DNA from: Geosiphon pyriformis uo1
Taxonomy: Eukaryota > Fungi > Glomeromycota
Assembly: GCA_016748015.1 (NCBI GenBank)
Contig: JAAOMT010000302.1
Span: 1 to 64,000 of the forward strand
Direction: 5' to 3'
DNA length: 64,000 bases
This document shows positions 25,351 through 36,335 of the stretch, in pieces. Each line of letters starts with the position of its first letter. Within the stretch, counting starts at the first letter, position 1. Under the pieces are notes generated by a model. That model had not been told where the DNA came from and ran no database searches. It saw only the letters and a list, made by a program, of their open reading frames with translations. A program made the position numbers and the translations under genes.

Positions 25351-27904
25351 AATCATAGCTTATTCAGAATCTATTTACAATTACTATTAAGTGTTTATTT
25401 AAAATTAATAACAAGTTATATGATTTTTAGTTTATAGATTATTATTTGAAAATTTTTGCATTTTTTTATATTTATTTCTTTAATCAACCCACATAACAAT
25501 TTTATTTCATTCTATTTATTTTTAATTTATCTCATTTATCATATTTTTTAATAAATTTATATGCTACTTTTGTTTTACGGATTTTATGTTAAAAGAAAAT
25601 CAAAATATTTATTAAGAAAACTTTTCTACGAATCAAACTTTAAAACTTAAATGATAATAATATTATTCATACAATTAATTTTAACCCGATAAAAGAATAA
25701 ATTTATTTGTATTAGATGTCTTCTTTTTTATTTTAAATGTTATGAATTTATTCAAAAAAACAGAAATTAAAGTATAAAATAATTTGCTTATACTTTGAAA
25801 AAATACTTAGCAATAAACAAACTTATTACTGAAACAATTCTTAGCATCTAAAGTTTAATTTTTTAACCAAATTAATTTTTAATATTCTAATTAATTCAAA
25901 TTTTTTTTAAATTAAAAATTAAATTATTGTTAAATGCAAACTTTTTATATTTTACATATGTAATAAAAAATTTTTTTTTTAATTATTTTGAAATTTTTTT
26001 TATAAAAATACTTATGTAATCAAGCAATAACATATAATTTATTTGCTATTTATTATATTAAAAAATGCATTTAAAAAATCTAATCAATTGTGATAATTAT
26101 ATATATAGAAAATTATTTTAAATAACAAAATATAAAAATTTCTTGATAATTATAATAAAATTTAATAACATATTACCATGAATTAATTATAATAATAAAA
26201 CTTCAATAAAAAATAAATTTATCAATTTATTATCAAAAAAAAAACCAATAATTAAAATGTTAATTTTGTTTATTTATAATAATTCATACTTTTTTCTTTT
26301 TATTTATTTATTTTTTCATTTATTTAAGGCATTTCAAATTCATAAATATTTTTGGAACATAATATAATAAAATTATTAAAATTAATTAATGTTTTTTTGT
26401 GCTTTTGTACTTTATTTTGCAGAATTGGCCAAATATTACATATTTATTATTCTGACCATTTACGCAAAATAAACTATTTAGAGACGATTTAACTATATTT
26501 CTATTCTATTAAAATGTAATAACTTAAAACGTATCTTTAATTATTTGTATAAATATTGTCAAACAAAAATTTTTTTACATTATTTTTTATCATAGTTGTT
26601 GTTATTAGTTAAATTTTGAAATGAAAAAATAAAATAATTTTGATTTCTTATTATTGAAATTAATATTACGTTATTTTATTTTATTTTATTTTATTTTATT
26701 CGATTTTTATTATAAAAATTAAAATTAAAATTTATTTTTATGTTTGAAAATATTTATTTTTGAAAAAAAATATATTTTAATAATAATTTATTAAAAATTA
26801 TTTGTAATATAAAAATTTACATTTTTATTAACAAAGATTTTTAATCAAAACAAAAAAAAATTGTTATTGTCATTTAAAAATTGCTATTTTTATTACATCA
26901 CATTTTAAACTAATATGAAATATATTCAAGCTTACTTTTTCAAAAAGATTGCTGTTTTGTAAAATTTTCAAATGTTTCATGTTGCAATATTTTTTTAATT
27001 TAGAAATATTAAAATACAATAAATTCTTAAAATTATTTATAAAGCTTTTTAAAAAAATATATAAAAAAGAAACACATTCTTGTTTTTTCTTTTAAATATA
27101 TTTAATAGTTTTGAGAACAAAAGAAATTTTATTGAAATAAAATTCCCTTATAAAAATTATGAATTAATTCAGAGCTCTCAAATATATTTTTCTTTCGATA
27201 ATAACCTTCATATTTTTTAGAAAAATTATTATCATTTTACGACACTTTATTAATCTTGATGTAAATAATATTTGTGGCAGATTTTTGCTGGAAACCCCTT
27301 AATATAAAATATTAATTTATTTTAACTTTTATTGTATTTTTTTATTTATGATTGAAATATTAAAAAATTATAATTTCAATTATAATTTTTGGGTTGATTA
27401 TAAGTATTTTAAAGTTGTTTGGCAACTCGTCAAGTTAAAATGAAGTAATTTTTTCCACTCCTTTTTGGTTATTGAAGATATAACATGCAATATAAACAAC
27501 TAAATATTTCAATTTATCCGAGTAATTAAAATGGCAAAATTTGGATATGAAAAAAGAACCCAGATTTGACTGGGTTACTTGAATTGCTGAAAGTAAATGA
27601 AAATAGATAAGCAGCAAGATACCTAAAATTAGAGATTTGAATTTAAATAAAGAGAAAAGAATCAAATGATGATGTTCCTTTTTATCTCATTAATTTGAAA
27701 TTAAGTCATGTTTGCATTTTAAATGTTAGATAAGGCAAAAGAGATAATATTTCATTTGTTGCTTTTAAGAAAAGTTTTCTATTATTCAGGAAATTCCCAA
27801 AGAACAGTTGAAATTGATACACAAAAATTGTAAAGGTGAAGTATATAGATACAATAAAATGTTGATGGCAGCTTTGAGAGATGAAAATCAAAGTGTAAGC
27901 CTTA

Positions 27905-30345
27905 GTTTCTACTGCATAAAACATTTATAGCTAAAACACAGGCTAAGTTCATGTGAGAGACATGCATTTTCTCCCAGATGGCAAAATAACTTAAAAATTT
28001 TACCTTTTCTTATAGATTATTATTTGAAAGATTTGGAATGACATGTGAGCTCATGCTGCATACACAGGATGGAAACTTTTAGAAAGCATTTATTGAAGTC
28101 TAAAGTTCAATATAAATTAACCTTTTTCAGAAAGAGATGGGTGACGCTTTTGAAGAAAAACTAATCGTCAGAACTCTTTGGTAGAATAATTAGTATTTAT
28201 TTCCCCTAATTTAGCCCTAACCTGAAACGGACAACACACTACAGCAAGATTTTAAAAAGATTAAAATTAAAATGCACACCACGGGACTTCTAAAAATAGG
28301 AAAAAGTTTTTCATGCAGGTTAATCCCGTGCATGCGTTCCGGGGTTTTTTCTTAATATCTGCACATTCTTATTCAGTCTCGCCATTACGCCAAATTGTTT
28401 TTTATTTGACATTTCGTAACATTGTATTGCCTATCATGCAGGATAATCTTTCACTCGATCAGAAGTCCCTGTTTTACAAGAATATCATGGATTGTTCCCG
28501 AGATTGTTTAAATCATTGTTTTTTTTGAAAAAAAAAAATCTTAACCCGAACTTGCTATCGCTATGGTATTAAGTAATTAGATATGGCTACAACAGGGCAT
28601 AATGCAAATTGGCTTAGCGAGCAGCAGGGAGTATTGGTGAGGCGAGTGATTTTAATGCTTAGTTGCACAACGTCAACTTCTTCATCTGATTGATGTACAC
28701 ATAAAAACTAATACCTTCCTCGTCGTCTGACGAAAATCTATTACTTAGGCTTAGAGACTATTAGCTAGCTAGCAAGACCTTCTTCATTCTTTTAGTTTTT
28801 ACCGAAAAAAAACGCGAACACATTGGTTTCATGACCTTCTTGACTTCAAGCTACTTTTAAATGCTTTAGAAGATAACATTCATTTCCATACTGAGGATCA
28901 TCTCCCCTCCTTCCTTGCAACTTTTACGCTAATACCACAAATAATAAATCAAATATGAATGTGGAACAAGGAAGTTCCAATGAAGGTCGGTTAACAAGAA
29001 CCGTGACGATTTCTTCCCTACCGGCGGCTATACAAAGACAGAGCATGGTATATTCTAAACAGAATTCTTCAGCTTCTAAAGGTAATTTTGCTTTTAAATG
29101 CTGAGGATCGGACATATCTTTAAGATTAATGGCTTAAACAATTTTAATAAATCACATGAAATTCTTTAATTTCTCCCCTAGAACAACAATTTAGTCACAT
29201 TTGCTACGAAGAAGATTTAGAAGCTTTAGAATCAGATCAGCCATTTTCAAAAATGTGTGCTCGAGCCCTATATCCATCTCGAGAAAAATTTGAGTGTCTG
29301 AATTCTCAGGAGACCATAGTTTCTATCAAATTGCCACGGGTAAATTTCAGTTTAGCTTAGCAAAACGATTTTCGAATAATCAAAGTCACTATCTAAAATA
29401 TCTTTTTTAGGAAGCATTTCACCATCATCATAATCATCACCATGACAATTTAGAACTTTCTCATCGAATAAAACCAGAAAATCACCTTTTTCGAAATATT
29501 GTGATTTGGCTAATTAGCATTAGCTTAATTGGTGAGTCTTTAGCAGCAGATCGGATGAAATTTTTAATTTTTGCTAACGAAAGATTCTTGAAAAAAATTT
29601 TTCTCGTTATAATTTAGTAATATCTATCTTCAGTATGGTCAAAACGCTCGCTTGATGAACGCCGGCTGATAGTACTATCAACAAAATTTCGTTTCGAAAA
29701 TCTCTATTCGACGACATTCGTACTCGTGAACATATTGAACGATACCAATTCGTTTTAGTAACCAACCTACCAATAGACATAATAATAGCGGTACTTTATG
29801 CTATGACTTAACCCGAACCGACCCTAAATTAGAATACTTTTCGAAGGATTTTTTCTTTCGTGCCGAACATTAAATCCATCCATTTATAAAAAATATCCAA
29901 ACATACATACATCCAATCCACTTCACATAATTAGAAGACCATAAGCCACATAAAATTTAATAAAGCAAAAATAACACGCAGTGGTTAAAATTAAAATTAA
30001 AATTATTATTATTGTTATTAACATCTATTTTTAAGATTTTTTTAAAAGTTGTTTATGACCATATATTTACATGTATTTTGGGTTGATCTGAAATATCTTT
30101 TAAATAAAATAAATATGGGCCTAAAAATTGGTTATATTTCAGACATTAAAGGTATTTGGACAATGTTAACGGAATCTTTTTAAGGTTCTAACAGATTTAA
30201 TGAAGTGACATAGTTCATTAGATAGAGCGTTTGAGCTTTTAACTAATTTTTTCTTATTCATGAAAACGGAAATCAAGTTTCGGATATTGGATAATGACTG
30301 TTGCTCCCTTTGGAGCCTTAGTAGTAAAAAATGAGCTGACTTATT
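27905..30345. repeat. Right arm of the inverted segmental duplication
   Basis: Reverse complement of 23060-25350 with patchy identity; the arms are separated by a ~2.55 kb very AT-rich spacer. Confidence 0.93.
28955..29655 (+). CDS. Small tail-anchored membrane protein, family member C (147 aa, 4 exons)
   Basis: Exons 28955-29081, 29182-29339, 29411-29531 and 29618-29655: MNVEQGSSNEGRLTRTVTISSLPAAIQRQSMVYSKQNSSASK|EQQFSHICYEEDLEALESDQPFSKMCARALYPSREKFECLNSQETIVSIKLPR|EAFHHHHNHHHDNLELSHRIKPENHLFRNIVIWLISISLI|VISIFSMVKTLA*. The frame is kept in both paralogs (exon 3 differs by 3 nt). Confidence 0.88.
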
Positions 30346-33300
30346 CCTTCGTAGAAAAAACAAAAGGTAGATTTGAAATTTTTTTTCGAATACTTAATCC
30401 TATATTATCAATCAGAATATCTTTGACTATTTTTTCAATAGCGATATAAAGCTTCTAAATCGAAATAATTTTAAGTGTGCTACACATACATACTGGTAGC
30501 TAGCCGTAATTTTTATTTAAAAAAAGATTTGATAATAATTGTTTTTAAGAGTTTTCATATTATTCTTAGAATACTATTAGCTATTTGGTAACTATTCATA
30601 ACAGAATGCATTTAAAATTATGATAAAAGATTTCGAAATTGGAAAGGGTTTAACGAAAGTTTGAATTAATTCAAAATCTTGTAATTATTTCTCAACCAAG
30701 TTTTATTTATAAAATATGATTAGTGAATGTCTAGTAAAAGTTATAAGTTAATGACAAAAATGCAAAAGATAAATTTTACTGCTTCTGGTTTCAGAAATTG
30801 AAAATTTGACGAGATTTAGCACTTTTCAAGAGAAATTGAAAAACATGAGAATAATTAATTTGCTTTTTAGCCATTACAATCTATTATATCAGATAAATTA
30901 AAGTCTAGTATAAATTGGCGAAAGATAGTAATTTTTCACAATTACTTTAAAATAATTTACAGTAATAAGAAACTTTAAAGCTCAATCTTGTAAAGGTTTG
31001 AGGCTCAATAATATAGTCGAAATAAAGATTAGCGCGTATAAAATCAAGTAAAGATGGAAAGTTCGTGAACATACTATACACAGCATCTTTAACATGTTGT
31101 TGCATTATGTGATATGTCAAGGCATGGCATAAAATTGTTACTTTCTAGGTAATTTATTACAAATTTTTATATAATGAGATTATTTCCTTTTTCGAAGTCA
31201 TTGACATTAATGCATTCAGCCTGCAGCCAATGATGAGATATTCACATGAAACAAGAGACTTTAAATGGAGATATCTGCGGGGGGTAGGTTACGCTAAGAA
31301 AATGATTCAGAGATTTCAAATATTCCTCCTGATTTAATCAGAATAATGGAGACCAAAAGAATTGTGTTCCTCTGTCTTGATAGTCCTAGTTGATCTTGTG
31401 CCCAAAAAGTAAAATTATGAAATCTTCCTACCTTATATTGATCATTAACAAACACACAAGTTAATTAACAAGCGTTGTTTGTTATTTTCCAATTGTTTGT
31501 CATTACAAGAGCGAGTTCAATTATTGCATTTTCATCGCGTGGCCTTATATTAATATAAAATTTATAGATATTTAGAACCATAATCAAAGGGCAAACCAGT
31601 TAACTTTTCGATTTTCTTGTTTAACAAAACATTTAATTATGGAAATGCAGCTTATCATAAATAATATTTGGTTTGATTAGGGGAGTCAACATCGACCAGT
31701 AGAAATAAAATAAAAACATATTATTTAGGACCTGTAAAGTGTCGATTTGGCGTCTCTGGCGCTACCAAGTACACTTTTACGCCTCAGCCGCTGCTTATTT
31801 CTTATACTTATTTGAAAATTCATGACCCATCTTATATTTAAATGATCCTGCTATAAATGAGTCAAAATGGTATCACCTCCTATGAAAATAAATTATTTTT
31901 CATATTGACAAATGAGACTATTTTTGGTCTTGTGTATTGTCCATTTAGAATCTTTTTTCATATAAAAACGGCAGAACGAAAATCTTGAACCATTAAACCT
32001 TATTATGTAATGTACGTGCACTGGAAAGGAATGAAATTTTAAACCAATATTTCTTGCAGTTGGTCTTAATTAAAAATTTTATCCTTTATCAAGTTTCCTC
32101 TGCTTATGTCTCCACAAATATTTGATTTAATAATATATGAAAATGATAGTTTCAAGAATCATTTGAATTAATTAAAATGATCTCTTAAGTTTTTAGAAAA
32201 ATTTTCTTTTCCAATACAAAAATTACTGCTTAGAATTATTAAAGAGGAGAGGAAACAATGTATTTTTAATATCTTGTAGAGACTTTCACGAGGAATTAGA
32301 TAATTAACCTGAAAACAAAAAATTACGCCACAGATGCAAGAATTTTCAATGAGATTTTCCTTTTTGGCTCTTTTATTTATTAAATTAATTAAAGTCTTCA
32401 AAAATTCAAGTATAGATTCCGAAAGAACAAAAAACCTTCACCATTTAAGTATGAAAAAACTCTCATGAAATATAACCAGAATTCTTTGAAAATTAAAGTT
32501 ACTCTATTATTTATTACTTTTGTAAAATAGAAGCTGCTTAAAAGATTTTATCTCAGGTACAATGGTTGCAATGCTTAACCAATTATAAACTATATTCCGG
32601 GAAAAAATACTCCGTTAATTTTTTGGTATGGATTGACTTATTAAGATTGTAAAATAAAGAATAAAGAAGATACTAGACATGAAACTAAAATTTCCATTTC
32701 ATAATAACGTTGGGGTTGGATATTCTACCAATATTAATTACAAGAATTTTTGCTTTATTGTGGAATTTTGGTAGAATTTATGAAATGTGCTCTCGCAAAA
32801 TAGGGATTTATTTTTCGTATTTTAAAAAAAATTAATCTTTAGAACAAAGGGATAATCCCATATTTAGGTTTCTATACCTATGGTATATTACGAAAATTTT
32901 ACATGTATTTAACACATTTAATGCGAATCTAATATATAAAAATTAAATCTAGAACTAATAATGTTCTGTTATAACATATATTTTTAATTTAAGAAGCGTA
33001 TTGTGCAATATCTGATTTCAAGAAAGAAATTCAACCAAAGTTTTATTATATTTGTGGAATAAAACACCAACTTCATGTATATTTTTTATCCAATATTTAA
33101 AAACTGAAGATATCTCAATAATACTTGAACTTCAACAATAAAACATTTAATTGAATTTTCTTTCAAAAAATTGTTTTAATAAATTTTATTTAAATACTGT
33201 AAATTAATATAATATTTCAATGGTTTATAATTAAATAGTATTTATTTATTATTAACTAATTACAATCAATAGAGCTTGTACAATTTTTAGTAAAAAATAA

Positions 33301-33905
33301 CTGTCATTTAGTTATAATAAATTAAAATTTATTTATTATTTAAAAACTAAAAGTTAATTTTTATAATTAATTAAGTTTTTAAACTATTTGATTTTTTTAA
33401 TATTCTAACATTTTTATAACATAACTATATTTGTATTTTGTTAAATTAAATAAAATTTTGAAATTTTGATGCTAATAAAATAACCAATTTCTATTTAAAT
33501 ATCATTTATTTATAATAAATTTTTGCTTAAACTATTTAAAATACAGAATTCGAAATATTGTAGAATTTTACTATTTCATTTAGTTACATTTATAAATTAT
33601 TAATTAATAATGAAAATTTAAATAACTTTATAACAATTTTTATTTTAAATTTCAACTAATAAAAATATAATCAAAATCTTATTATTTGGTAAAAAAATAA
33701 ATAATTATTAATCAAGATTATTAATTAATCATTATGTAATGAATTTAAAATTAGTTAAAAAAAAACATAAATTTACATACAAAAATTAAAATTACTTATT
33801 ATATATTAAATTACATATTATATTGTTTTTGAAAGTTTAAAAAATATTTATCTTTTATAAATAAAAGTAAAATTGCAAATATAACAAATAAACATTAAAC
33901 AATAA

Positions 33906-34195
33906 TACTGGTTCTAAGTCCGGAACTTAGAGCTAAGTGTATACCTTCTATATTTTGCATGTGCAAATAATTCTGGGTTCCAAGAATATTAAAATATTAT
34001 TTATAAATACATGCATATGACGATTGTATAATAATAACCAATAAGTAATGATATCATAGTGTTATGACTTGGTAACTATTCACATTATTTGTAAAATAAT
34101 AGCTGTCTTATTATTGGCTATTTTTTAAATACATACTTTACTTAAGTGCATAAATATGTTTGGCTCTAAGAATATACATTGTAAAGATATTACTG
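33906..34195. mobile_element. Non-autonomous MITE, diverged copy of the element at 51706-52049
   Basis: Shared collinear blocks (TGTGCAAAT.ATTCTG.GTTCC, TTATTATTGG.TATT.TTTAAAT, terminal TACTG-TA). Confidence 0.65.
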
Positions 34196-35074
34196 TATTA
34201 GTTGTAATTAATTACATTTATGTAATAATCGAATATTAAATTAGTCGTAATTTATCTTTATTTACAAAAAATTATAAAAATTAAAAATAATATTTATTAA
34301 CTTAAATAATTATTTTAAATTAAATTAAGTGTTAGTTATTAATTTTTGTTTATGTATTAATAATAAAAATAATAATTAAGTTTAATAAGCTAATAACTAA
34401 ACTTTTATAATAATAATAAATAAATTAGGTAAATTCAAATTTATATATTAGTATTATAATATTATTTTTAGTATTAATAATCAATTATTTAACATATTCT
34501 AAATTGTTTCAATATTTTTCAACTAATTCTGTAATTTTGGTAATTTGTTATTCTTGTTTATTTTGGTAATTTAATAATTTGTTAATTACAAATTACATAT
34601 TTTTATTTTTTCTAAATTATAACTTAGTTTTTTTTATCATTTGAATAATTTAAAAAGATTTAAATTACATTTACATATTCTATATAACCAAAATAGCTTT
34701 TTTTAAATTTTTTATAATAAAAATGTAATTAAAAATTAAGCAAATAAAATAAGTGCATTTAATATACTCTGTAAAAAATTTATTAATATTTTTATATTTT
34801 AATATTTTTATAATAATTATAAGAATATATAAATAACAATATATAAGTAATAATGTTTTTAAAATTTATTCAATGAATCTTTATACTTGAATGTTTAATG
34901 TGAAAAAACAAAAAATATATATTTTAATAGCAATTTTAACAAAAAATATTTAAAATGGTTTTCAATACTTATAAATAATAATAACTATTATTAACATGTT
35001 TTGCTAAATTATATTTTAAAATTTCACTAATTACAAAGCCATAAAACAGTTTGTGCTTATTGTTTACACAAATA

Positions 35075-36335
35075 AAGTCTGGTAAGAAAAAAATTGGAAA
35101 TATAAAAATAATTACTATGTCTTAACTAATGTAACAAACTACATAAAACAACTTTTATTAGAAAGTCAAATACCATATAATTTTATTAAAAAAAATTAAT
35201 AGGAAATTCTTTCACCATTTGTCTCAATTATCATTTCACTCATTGATCCTACTAAACCAATTAAGGTAGATTCAGGAATATCTTGCCACTCTTCCTCCAT
35301 AAATCTCTCTAATTCACTACGATTTTTAGGCATTCTTTTTTCTACATTCTTTTTAACAATAGCCCAAAAGTTTTCTATTGGGTTTAAGTCGGGACTATTA
35401 GATGGCCACCCTAACAAATCAGTTGTATTCTCAGCAATAAACTCTTTGGCAAGCTTGCTAGTATGCTTGGGGTCATTATCTTGTTGAAATTGCCAATTAT
35501 CCCCCAGCATTGCTCTAATTTCAGGTAAGTGGTTACAAAGAATATCTATATAAAATTGAGCATTCATTATTTGAACAAAACAGAATAAACTAGTCTTTCC
35601 TTTTTCGTAGAAACCCCCCCATGCGAGAATTTTTGTTCGATCTTTAAGCATAGGACGAATTGGTCGAGTACCTTTATGCCAACATTTTACTGTGTTTTGA
35701 AAAAGTTGAAAAGATGTTTCGTCAGTAAAAACTGTTCTTTTTCAATCGTCGTTCAAGTGTTTTTTGGCCCATTTTACACATTCTCGCTTATACTCTTCGG
35801 TCAGCATTGGAGTTGCTTTAGGAAGACTTTTTTTATAATTAAGGTTGGATAAATGGTTTTGAATAGTAACATAAAAAACATTTATTCCCTTCTTAGCCAA
35901 CTTCATTGCTAAATATCTAGACAAAACTGAGGAATCTCTACGAATAATCTGCCCTAATACTTTCAAAGAATTTCCCATAATTTTTCCTGGCCGACCATTA
36001 CCACTCGCATGCTTTATTGTTCCTTTTTTTTGAGGATATTATAGATTGTAGAAAGGGGTATATTTGTTTTATTCTGTATTTCTTTCACCTTTCATATTTC
36101 TTGCTTCCAAAAATGTAATTCGACTTGCCATTGCGTTTCTTGCTTTGAAGTCAGCATTTCAAAGACAAGTTTTAAAAAAAACTATTAGTTAATACGTGAC
36201 AAAATGTTTTTAGAGCTCAGCCACCTACCTAATATTCTGTTTCCATTTTTACCGTCACAAAACTTACCAAAAATGGTTAAATCAAACGCAATCTTAGTAG
36301 ATTCATATTTTTCCAATTTTTTTCTTACCAGAATG
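35075..36335 (-). mobile_element. Full-length Tc1-type DD34E DNA transposon (1261 bp), transposase inactivated
   Basis: TIR core TCTGGTAAGAAAAAAATTGGAAA at both ends, flanked by a TA duplication (35073-74, 36336-37). Transposase runs 36157 to 35196 with FTDETS, QQDNDPKH and SPDLNPIE (34 aa D-E spacing); TGA stops at Trp/Arg-like positions and a frameshift near 36030. Confidence 0.95.

Noticed and set aside
28205-28230. CCCTAACC as a possible telomerase RNA template or telomeric seed
   Set aside because: A single 8-mer that is not conserved in the other arm; the duplicated region is explained by a protein-coding gene.
24079-29115. Twin ORFs MSDPQHLKAKLPLEAEEF... at 24079-24264 (+) and 28924-29115 (-)
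   Set aside because: They are antisense shadows of exon 1/intron 1 of genes B and C; the opposite strand has consistent splice sites and a conserved frame.
23060-30345. Inverted arms as long TIRs of a Mutator/foldback/Polinton element
   Set aside because: The outer ends are among the most diverged parts, no TSD or transposase was seen, and the arms contain spliced host-like genes.
31470-32790. Weak echoes of the TM family (DENAIIELALVM on minus ~31510-31540; HETKISIS..RWGW on plus ~32680-32720)
   Set aside because: The matches are too short, interrupted by stops and without supportable splice structure.
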